Shown here: positions 1-7,177 of the stretch, piece after piece
Position numbering within the stretch: the first letter of the stretch is position 1
How the letters are laid out: each line of letters starts with the position of its first letter
NCBI GenBank assembly: GCA_048941265.1
Contig: JBHLNT010000155.1
Location: forward strand, 1 to 10,108
Source of the DNA: Promethearchaeota archaeon
Lineage (GTDB): Archaea; Asgardarchaeota; Lokiarchaeia; Sigyniarchaeales; SOKP01
Direction of reading: 5' to 3'
DNA: 10,108 nt
Program-made: the position numbers and the translations under genes
Notes under the pieces: generated by a model
Database searches by the model: none
Told to the model about the DNA's origin: nothing
Seen by the model: the letters and a program-made list of their open reading frames with translations, nothing else

Positions 1-130
1 ATTTTAATTTTATAAATTTATTTGGATATATTATTCCATTAATAATTTTGACAAAGAAGTAATATATTAAAAATCATTGTTAATTTTATATAATTAGAAA
101 TCAAAATAAAAATCCTAAGGCAGAAGTTTT

Positions 131-1063
131 ATGGTTTTAAAAGACAATATTGAATATTGGGAAATTTCTTTAACTTATCCAGAAGTGAAGGATGATCCTT
201 ATTATATTCATAATGAAATAATTATTAATGATGATTTATTTGTTAAAAAGGTTGAAGAACTACGAGATTTAATTAGAAATTATTGTGATAGTAAAAATGA
301 AGAAGAGAGAGAGGTAATTTTTGATCGAATCTTTTTATTAATTAAAAATACAGAAAATATTCAGTATCATGAATTCATTGCTTTTTGGAAAGCTCATGAT
401 TTCACTTTCTCTACATATGACACACTTATGGAATCAAAAAAAAAAGAGTGGTTAAAAGATTTATTAATTAAATATTGTCAAGAAAGGAGAGAGCTCTTTG
501 ATGAGTTTGGTTATACAAATTTAATAGTACAGTCTTTATATGATAATAGTGCATCAAAAAGGACTGGAGGTTCCACTCAGAAAAAAATTATAGATCTCAT
601 TATTGATAATTTTGATCACATTCAAAGTGTTAGAAATTTAAGCGAATTTGACAGTTTGGGAAAATGTTATTTTTCTCTAGATAGCACAACAGAAGAATTA
701 TTTATTACCTTATGCTATAGAAAAAATATAGAATTACCCTTTAGAAAGAAGAATTTAATTATTCTAAAAGTAGGACAAATTATCATTTTCATTAAGGCAA
801 ATCACATAAAAGAAGGAGGAGGAGCTCAAAATAGAAAAGTGGATGACTTAATAAATTTTATTGATACCACAATTGATGATAAAAATTTTTTTCTTATTTC
901 TTTTTTGGATGGTTTTTATTTTAATCGTTTTATTAGGGAAGATTCAACTGGTAAGGTAAAAGAATATAAGGAAAATATAATGAGATTCTTAAAAAATCAT
1001 AAAAATAATTATTTTGTTAATACTGAAGGATTAAATTTACTTTTTAAAGATATATCTGGTTAA
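131..1063 (+). CDS. Type II restriction endonuclease-like protein (PD-(D/E)xK fold), catalytic motif apparently degenerate
   Basis: 310 aa soluble ORF, visibly more AT-rich than the metabolic genes. The segments S-K-R-T-G, IFI-KANHIKEGGGAQN-RKVDDLINFI and ISFLDGFYFN resemble the 'ExK-H..E.GG.Q' and 'LDG' layout I recall for restriction-endonuclease-like proteins. It sits next to a methyltransferase-like fragment. Confidence 0.55.
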   Translation: MVLKDNIEYWEISLTYPEVKDDPYYIHNEIIINDDLFVKKVEELRDLIRNYCDSKNEEEREVIFDRIFLLIKNTENIQYHEFIAFWKAHDFTFSTYDTLMESKKKEWLKDLLIKYCQERRELFDEFGYTNLIVQSLYDNSASKRTGGSTQKKIIDLIIDNFDHIQSVRNLSEFDSLGKCYFSLDSTTEELFITLCYRKNIELPFRKKNLIILKVGQIIIFIKANHIKEGGGAQNRKVDDLINFIDTTIDDKNFFLISFLDGFYFNRFIREDSTGKVKEYKENIMRFLKNHKNNYFVNTEGLNLLFKDISG

Positions 1064-1090
1064 TTCGTAGTAAAATTCATAAAAATTAAA

Positions 1091-1112
1091 TTTTTTTTGC
1101 TAAAAAAGCAAA
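1091..1112 (+). terminator. T8 tract with small hairpin downstream of ORF 131..1063 (possible archaeal oligo-T terminator)
   Basis: TTTTTTTT at 1091-1098, about 28 nt after the stop. Inverted repeat TTTGCT (1096-1101) / AGCAAA (1107-1112). The AT-rich background weakens this. Confidence 0.3.
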
Positions 1113-1128
1113 CGATATTTTTTTATAA

Positions 1129-1536
1129 GTTCAAACCGTCGATAAAGGTTCAGCTCAAGGAAGAGTTGGATTGGGAATTATCTCAGATGATTTTAAAGTG
1201 GCAGGAATTTATGTTTCATCTAATACTTACCGCACGCATCCTATACAAATATTTTTAGAACCTCAAATCTCCATTGAAGACCAAATACTATTGAAGAATT
1301 ATTTTAATTTTATTTTAGAGCATTTTCGTAAAGAGTTAGATAGCGAATTCTTAACCACGTATAAATATTCAAACGCAGACTATACTAGAAAATACTTAGG
1401 TTTAACTCAAGTACGCAGTCTTATTGAAACTTTTCCAATAATAAATTTTGACGAAGTAAATAAGAAAAAGCTTATACAAACTGTAGATCAAAAAGATCTC
1501 TACGAAATATTTAATATATTAAAAAAAAAAGAATGA
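1129..1536 (+). pseudogene. 5'-truncated C-terminal fragment of a probable adenine-specific DNA methyltransferase / R-M protein
   Basis: The frame is open from 1129, after TAA at 1126-1128, and reads VQTVDKGSAQGRVGLGIISDD... with no ATG. The track's TTG start at 1171 lies inside protein-like sequence. The motifs D.GS..GR..L, YRT, DQ..L...FN..LE..R and FLTTYKYS...Y.RK resemble C-terminal regions of MTase-like proteins as I recall them. No SAM-binding (FxGxG) or NPPY/DPPY motif is present. Confidence 0.5.
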
Positions 1537-1549
1537 TTAATTATTCTTT

Positions 1550-2428
1550 TTATATAATTAATTCTGATTCAGCTAATCTCTTAGCTTCAGGAAGTTCTTT
1601 CCTTAGATATGCGAATTTCCCTTTAGTGATTCCGTAAATTAGATACGATGGGACGGCATTTATAATACTAAATAAGGGGATCAATGTTACCATCATAACA
1701 TCTTCTACGCGTCCCTCAAATCCGGCAAAATATATTATCATTGAGATTAAAAATACTACAGATGAAATTCCAGCATAGCCTTTCAGATAACCATTATATC
1801 TTAAATGTATCGGTTCAATCTCAAATAATTTGTCCCATCTCTGTTTTTGACCATCCAGTCCTGAATAGTGAATCAGTCCAGAATCTTCTAGAGCCCAGCC
1901 GACTGACCATAGTCCTATTACGATTGGAAATATAAAGACAAAAGTTATAGCAAAAACTGTCGGAAGAGCAAATCGAATATCTAATCCTTCCTCTTTATAA
2001 TATTTGACGTTCGTAGCGGTATTGAACATTTTTGCCACTTGGGTTGACAATACAGGTATAATTATGGCAAGAAATCCTAGAGTCAAGAGAAATATATAGA
2101 TAAAACGAAGAATAAATTTTTTTGCGGCAAATATTTCAACGTTAGTATCAACATAGGCATCATTATACTTACGAAAAACTATTTTTTTACTCTTGAAAAT
2201 CAATGGTGTTAGAATGCGAGGAAATACAATAACTGCAGCTATGGTGAGAATTGGAGGGAAAAGAAAATAGAATACAATATAATGTAGCGTTTGAGGAAGC
2301 CCTAAAATTGGCACTATATCATTTGGTCTTTCACGAGTTAACAAAAAAAATAGCATTCCAATGTTGGCTATAATATATATAATTACAAGGACTAAAAATG
2401 GCTTTAAAGATTCCTTTTTTTGCGACAT
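1550..2428 (-). CDS. Hypothetical multi-pass membrane protein (about 6 TM)
   Basis: Long ORF with about six hydrophobic segments and the conserved-looking stretches GWALEDSGLIHY and EIEPIHLRYNGYLKGYAGIS. I prefer ATG at 2428 over the track's GTG at 2437 because that GTG is part of an SD-like GTGATC. Confidence 0.8.
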   Translation of the reverse strand: MSQKKESLKPFLVLVIIYIIANIGMLFFLLTRERPNDIVPILGLPQTLHYIVFYFLFPPILTIAAVIVFPRILTPLIFKSKKIVFRKYNDAYVDTNVEIFAAKKFILRFIYIFLLTLGFLAIIIPVLSTQVAKMFNTATNVKYYKEEGLDIRFALPTVFAITFVFIFPIVIGLWSVGWALEDSGLIHYSGLDGQKQRWDKLFEIEPIHLRYNGYLKGYAGISSVVFLISMIIYFAGFEGRVEDVMMVTLIPLFSIINAVPSYLIYGITKGKFAYLRKELPEAKRLAESELII

Positions 2429-2431
2429 AAG

Positions 2432-2437
2432 GATCAC
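2432..2437 (-). promoter_or_regulatory. Shine-Dalgarno-like GTGATC
   Basis: The minus strand reads AAAGTGATCCTTATG. GTGATC is complementary to GAUCAC at the 16S rRNA 3' end and lies 3 nt before the ATG at 2428. Confidence 0.45.
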
Positions 2438-2488
2438 TTTTTTTTTATTAATTTTAGTTGTTGAATAGATTATTATTAGATAAATAAA

Positions 2489-2502
2489 TAATAAGGTTTC
2501 TC
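2489..2502 (-). promoter_or_regulatory. Candidate archaeal BRE/TATA promoter
   Basis: The minus strand reads GAGAAA-CCTTATTA, a purine-rich BRE-like element followed by a TATA-like box, about 60 nt upstream of the membrane protein start. Confidence 0.3.
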
Positions 2503-2557
2503 AAATAATGATTTAAAAAATTTATCAATTATCTGTATTAAATTATTTTACTATGTG

Positions 2558-3460
2558 CTAGATACTAGCAAAAATAAATGCAATTAAGCCAAGAAATGCC
2601 CCAACTTTTAATAAAAGACTTATTTTCTTGAAATCTTTTTGTTGCAAATTTTTACGTAATGACAATACTACTGCTAATGCTACATCCGCTAATCCGAAAA
2701 TCATTGAAATCAAAAAGAGTATTGGATTTATAATATTCGTAAATATAGGTAAAATAAAGAATATTATGGCCAATATTTCAAATAAAATCGAAAATCCAGT
2801 AGCTTTTTTAATTCCCAGTTTAATTGCTAAGGTTTTTACTCCCTCTTCCTTATCTCCCTCAATATCTTCACAACCCTTCACAATTTCGCGGGAGAGTAAT
2901 AGAAAGAATGAAGTAAAAAAGAAATAATAGATATAAGCTGGAATTACAATGCTATTTAAGACAGCCCCATAGATAAGCCCGATAGAAAAAGACACACTGA
3001 CCATCAAATTTCCATAAAAACCTGATTTCTTTCCCCAAGCAGCATATAACCATCCAATAAAACCAAAAAAAATCACTAAAAGTACATTTAAACCGCTAAG
3101 GGCGAAAAATAGCCAATGAATCACTGATATTAAAATACCAATTCCGAAAGTAAGAGCAAATAAGATTTTTGCTTGAGTTAGACTTAACTCACCTCTCGGT
3201 AGAGGACGGTTAGGTCTATTTATCTTATCAATTTCAATATCATATATATCATTAATTATCATCCCACTGGCTGCTACAGCGAAATAAGTTAACACCCCAA
3301 GAATTATATTTATGAGCAATGTGTTAAGAGGGATACCCGTTCTCGTATTCAGGAGTCCAATAATTACTGTTAGAGATCCCATTATACAATTGACGGGCCT
3401 TATAATATTAATGCTAGCTGAAATAAGACCTCTCTTTTCAGAATTATTTTTAGTTAACAT
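2558..3460 (-). CDS. Digeranylgeranylglyceryl-phosphate synthase (DGGGPS; UbiA prenyltransferase superfamily)
   Basis: N-terminal IIRPVNC, first Asp-rich motif INDIYDIEIDKINRPNRPLPRG, LYAAWGKKSGFYGNL, and second motif REIVKGCEDIEGDKEEGVKTLAI. It has about 9 TM segments. Confidence 0.88.
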   Translation of the reverse strand: MLTKNNSEKRGLISASINIIRPVNCIMGSLTVIIGLLNTRTGIPLNTLLINIILGVLTYFAVAASGMIINDIYDIEIDKINRPNRPLPRGELSLTQAKILFALTFGIGILISVIHWLFFALSGLNVLLVIFFGFIGWLYAAWGKKSGFYGNLMVSVSFSIGLIYGAVLNSIVIPAYIYYFFFTSFFLLLSREIVKGCEDIEGDKEEGVKTLAIKLGIKKATGFSILFEILAIIFFILPIFTNIINPILFLISMIFGLADVALAVVLSLRKNLQQKDFKKISLLLKVGAFLGLIAFIFASI

Positions 3461-3630
3461 CGGTAATATTATGAAACTTCATTATTTTTTAATTATTTCG
3501 ATTCAAATTGGAAAATTAAATTAGCAATTATCAAATTAGTATTAATAATAATTATAAATTAAAAATTTAAATTCAGCGAGTTTAAGTATAATATAGATGT
3601 TTAATGATTAAATGAAAAGAGATTAAAAAA

Positions 3631-4518
3631 ATGCCTAAAGCAAACATTAATGATATCCAAATAGAGTATGAGACCTTCGGAGACTCATCATCAAAACCAT
3701 TACTTTTGGTAATGGGACTTGGTTCTCAGATGATTCGATGGCCTGATGAATTTTGTAAATTACTAGTTAAAAAAGGATTCCATGTTATTCGATTCGATAA
3801 TCGAGATGTTGGTCTATCTACAAAATTAGAAAAAGCGGGAGTACCAGATATAAGATCAGCAATCCTGGCAGCTCAAAAGGGAGAAGAAATAAAAGCACCT
3901 TATTCATTAGAAGATATGGCGGATGATGCGATTGGTGTTTTAGATGCTCTAAATATCGACAAAGCTCATATCTGTGGGGCATCGATGGGAGGGATGATTG
4001 TGCAAATAATTGCATATCGCTATCCAACCCGTGTGTTAAGTCTTACGTCTATCATGAGTAGTACAGGAAATCCTGAGCTTCCTCAAGCAAAACCAGAAAT
4101 TATGCAAATACTTTATACACCTGTACCAAAAAAACGTGAAGCATATATTATAGAATCTATAAAACGGAGACGTATTATTCACGGCTCTGGATTTCCTTTT
4201 GATGAAGAATTAGCACGAAATATGGCAGCTAAAGAATATGATCGTAATTTTTACCCCGTTGGATTGATGCGCCAATTAATAGCTATTATGGCAAATGGAA
4301 ATCGAAAGGTTTCTTTAGCGTCGATTAAAGTGCCAACTCTCGTAATACATGGAAGTGACGATCCCTTAGTTCCAGTAGAAGGAGGAAAAGATACTGCAGA
4401 AGCAATACCAGATGCAGAATTATTAATAATAGAGGGAATGGGCCATAGTTTACCACCGGAAACTTGGTCACAAATTATAAATGCTATTACTTTAAATGCA
4501 TCAAAAATAGACAAATAA
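3631..4518 (+). CDS. Alpha/beta-fold hydrolase (esterase/lipase; LipG/RdmC-like)
   Basis: MGLG oxyanion loop, FDNRDVGLS, nucleophile elbow GASMGG (Ser118), HGSDDPLVP (Asp244) and GMGHSLP (His272). The catalytic triad is complete. Confidence 0.92.
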   Translation: MPKANINDIQIEYETFGDSSSKPLLLVMGLGSQMIRWPDEFCKLLVKKGFHVIRFDNRDVGLSTKLEKAGVPDIRSAILAAQKGEEIKAPYSLEDMADDAIGVLDALNIDKAHICGASMGGMIVQIIAYRYPTRVLSLTSIMSSTGNPELPQAKPEIMQILYTPVPKKREAYIIESIKRRRIIHGSGFPFDEELARNMAAKEYDRNFYPVGLMRQLIAIMANGNRKVSLASIKVPTLVIHGSDDPLVPVEGGKDTAEAIPDAELLIIEGMGHSLPPETWSQIINAITLNASKIDK

Positions 4519-4616
4519 AAAAACTAATTTAGAAAATTAGTAAATAGAGATTTTTCTTTTATTCTTCCAAGATAAAATCGTAAGAAACCATTTTTATTAA
4601 TTATAAAGAAGAAGAA

Positions 4617-6014
4617 TTATAATTTTGATTTTTTCTCAGCGTGAAGTACTTCTAATTTTTCTTTTACATTTTTAAGCTTTTCACCATCTAAAGGATATTT
4701 GTACATAGATAAGAAACCAATTAATAAGGCCATGATTGGAAAAACTGCCATTAAAATCCTTAATCCTAATATAACTTGCGAAGTTACGTTTTTCGGTTCA
4801 TAGACCGCCCATCCGACATTTGTAAACACCAGACTTATAGCAAGGAAAACCAAAATTGTGGTAAATCGAAGACAAAGAGCGTTTACACCATAATATCCCG
4901 CTTCCCTGCGCATACCTGTAATCACCTCATCCTCATCTATGATATCGGCAACAACAATGTCAATTATATATATGGTACCTCCAAATCCCAATCCAAGGAG
5001 TATGAAAATAACATACCCTAATATTGGATCGGTTATAAATATAAGAGGAATAAAGGTCGCAATCCATATCGCAATTGACAATAACCAAGCGCGTCTTGGT
5101 CCCATTTTTTGTACTAACGGTTTCCATAATAGATTTATAAAAATTGCGGCTGAAATAAATGTAAGGCCTATCATTAGAGAAATGAATAATGAATCATTTA
5201 TGCCCAATACAAATTTACCGTATAAAGGCAATAAAGTAGGGACCATCCCAAAAACGAACCATACTGCTACTTCCGTTGGAATATACCGCCTAAAAGACTT
5301 ACTTTTCAGGCACATTTTTACGGACTTCCCTAAACTAGGAGCATTTTTATAGTCTTCCTGAAACTCGGGTTTTTCTTTCGGACCGAATTTTAAAAAAATG
5401 AGACCGGTTATTAGAACGATTATTGTCAAAGTAATTCCAAGAATAGAATATTCCCTTATAAATTTAGGATCGCTATAATCTGGAATGATAAATCCCGGTA
5501 AGAGAAATGCGAATAATAGAGCAATAATCGTAAACGTCTGTCTTATATTATTAGCTTTCGTTCTTTCATTTAAGGTAATAAAAGCCTCCGGAAACAAGGA
5601 AGTCAAATTAAGGCTGAACATCGTATAAAACAGCTCAAATATAATTATGATTAAAATAAAAAAGAGTAAATTTGTGGTTAAATCTGTTATACCGAAAGTC
5701 TTCGGAGGGCTGAATACAAAAAACATAACTATAGCTAAAGGGATTAATCCGGCCGTTATGTAAGGATAGCGACGGCCCCATTTGGTATGAGTTCTATCCG
5801 ACAAATAGCCCAGTAATGGGTCATTAAGTGCATTCCAGACTGACCAGATCATAAAGCCAATTGAAATATAGAGCACGGGAAGTCCTATAATAGCAAAATA
5901 AAAAGTAAATGTGAGAAAAACAAAGCTCTGATACGCCGTGACATCCGCAACTTGTCCAAAACTATATGCAACAGCTTTTTTGTTTGAATATTGATTATCA
6001 TTTTCAGCAATCAT
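4617..6014 (-). CDS. MFS transporter, glycoside-pentoside-hexuronide (GPH / MelB-like, MFS_2) cation symporter
   Basis: 465 aa with about 12 TM. Signatures are WNALNDPLLGYLSDRTHTKWGRRYPY, ERTKANNIRQ, ADIIDEDEVITGMRREAGYYG and C-terminal YPL. Confidence 0.9.
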   Translation of the reverse strand: MIAENDNQYSNKKAVAYSFGQVADVTAYQSFVFLTFTFYFAIIGLPVLYISIGFMIWSVWNALNDPLLGYLSDRTHTKWGRRYPYITAGLIPLAIVMFFVFSPPKTFGITDLTTNLLFFILIIIIFELFYTMFSLNLTSLFPEAFITLNERTKANNIRQTFTIIALLFAFLLPGFIIPDYSDPKFIREYSILGITLTIIVLITGLIFLKFGPKEKPEFQEDYKNAPSLGKSVKMCLKSKSFRRYIPTEVAVWFVFGMVPTLLPLYGKFVLGINDSLFISLMIGLTFISAAIFINLLWKPLVQKMGPRRAWLLSIAIWIATFIPLIFITDPILGYVIFILLGLGFGGTIYIIDIVVADIIDEDEVITGMRREAGYYGVNALCLRFTTILVFLAISLVFTNVGWAVYEPKNVTSQVILGLRILMAVFPIMALLIGFLSMYKYPLDGEKLKNVKEKLEVLHAEKKSKL

Positions 6015-6239
6015 GATAAATTTAAAACCTTTTATTTATGTGTACTTTTTTTGAATAAACAAACAAGGTAAATTAAAGTAAAAAATTACGCTAATCTTAT
6101 TAAAATTATTTAATCCTAATTTTAGAATTTTCTAATAAGACAGAATTTTTATTTTATTAGCTAGTTAAAAAATATGAACTATTAAATAAGTTAGTACCTA
6201 ATAATTTTTTATCACGAAATTAAAAATTACTCTAATATT

Positions 6240-6896
6240 ATGGAAGATAGAGAATTAAAACGGAAGAAAGCACTAAAATTATTTAATATTTATATTGCCA
6301 TTGATCTAGTAATTTTAATTCTATCAATAATGATACCCTATCTCCTTGTTAGGTTAAACCAAGAAATTAACGGTTGCGGTCATCATTCATTTAGCAGTAC
6401 TGGAGCCGGTGCTACTTTCTGGATATGGGGAAGATCGCTCGGATTTACTTGCCTTATTTGGTTTTTCATATCAATTTTTCGGGGCTACACTACGAAAATA
6501 AACGCGACAAAATTTAAGAGTATAGAAAAAGCTAAAAATTTGCACTGCTACGAAGCTTTACTTACTATTATAATCCTTGCATTTCACATAATATTCCTAG
6601 TCACGTCTGAACCATGGAGATCATTAATAAGAGGGAGGAAAGTAGCTCATTTTTCATTTTATTTTTTCAGTTTAAAAATTTGGACGGGAATATTCTATGG
6701 TATTATTATGGTGGGAGCCTCAATGTTATTTTTCTCTTTAAAAAACATAAAAAATCTTAAAAGATTCGGTTATAAAAAGATGATCTGGGTTCATAGAATT
6801 ATGCTTTTATTCTCAATTGTTCTGATAATTCATATATCCTTAATAAACACCGAACTTTGGCTAATGTCCGGAGAAATTGGCGAAGCTGACGATTAG
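6240..6896 (+). CDS. Stand-alone ferric reductase-like transmembrane (di-heme b; FRD/MsrQ/NOX-type) protein
   Basis: About 5 TM with two transmembrane His pairs, H102/H116 (spacing 14) and H185/H198 (spacing 13). LKRFGYKKMIWVHR resembles the R.LGY..W..LH.. loop of this superfamily. There is no FAD/NAD(P)H domain. Confidence 0.7.
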   Translation: MEDRELKRKKALKLFNIYIAIDLVILILSIMIPYLLVRLNQEINGCGHHSFSSTGAGATFWIWGRSLGFTCLIWFFISIFRGYTTKINATKFKSIEKAKNLHCYEALLTIIILAFHIIFLVTSEPWRSLIRGRKVAHFSFYFFSLKIWTGIFYGIIMVGASMLFFSLKNIKNLKRFGYKKMIWVHRIMLLFSIVLIIHISLINTELWLMSGEIGEADD

Positions 6897-7165
6897 TGAT
6901 AAAACAAAAGTTAAATGTAATAATATTTAATTTTCTAAAAACTATAAATAGATAAAGAGGTTGAGAAAGTACCTAAAACATAGGTTATTAGAATCCACAT
7001 TGAGGTTGATGGCTTTGGATATCCATCCTCGAAAATGATGTTATTAGTAATAGGGTTTTGTTTTTAGTTTCTGAAAAAATATAAGTTATAGAATAATAAT
7101 AGATCTTCTAATTTTTAAATTGAAAAGATTCTTTAATAAGATAACTATATAATATAATTTTATTT

Positions 7166-7171
7166 GAGGAG
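7166..7171 (+). promoter_or_regulatory. Shine-Dalgarno GAGGAG
   Basis: GAGGAG lies 6 nt upstream of ATG 7178. A BRE/TATA-like GAAAAG..CTTTAATA lies at about 7122-7138. Confidence 0.55.
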
Positions 7172-7177
7172 AGATTA

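Noticed and set aside
436-445. A10 tract in the nuclease-like gene (and A10 at 1521-1530) as phase-variation switches
   Set aside because: The frames are intact, and Lys-run A tracts are expected at this AT content. Read-level length variation would be needed.
1741-1935. 64 aa plus-strand ORF
   Set aside because: It is antisense within the membrane protein gene, has a TTG start and shows no motifs.
2850-2895. Second UbiA Asp-rich motif reads KGCEDIEGD rather than KDxEDxEGD
   Set aside because: A Gly at this position is a variant I recall from other archaeal DGGGPS sequences, so it is not evidence of inactivation.
2628-3524. Plus-strand ORFs 2628..2927 and 3312..3524
   Set aside because: They are antisense shadows of the well-supported DGGGPS gene.
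3818-4514. Minus-strand ORFs 3818..4027 and 4251..4514
   Set aside because: They are antisense to the hydrolase and show no independent coding signal.
4776-5352. Plus-strand ORFs 4776..5021 and 4939..5352
   Set aside because: They are antisense to the MFS gene, typical shadows of hydrophobic codons.
6894-6902. Triple stop TAG-TGA-TAA as a sign of Pyl/Sec read-through
   Set aside because: Read-through would add at most two residues, and tandem stops are common in AT-rich DNA.
7002-7075. Possible SECIS element or C/D-box sRNA (TTGATGG, ATGATGT, CTGA)
   Set aside because: No gene here has an in-frame TGA needing recoding and there is no AUGA/GA quartet geometry. The C-like boxes are mismatched and the guide spacing (about 16 and 29 nt) does not fit archaeal C/D RNAs.
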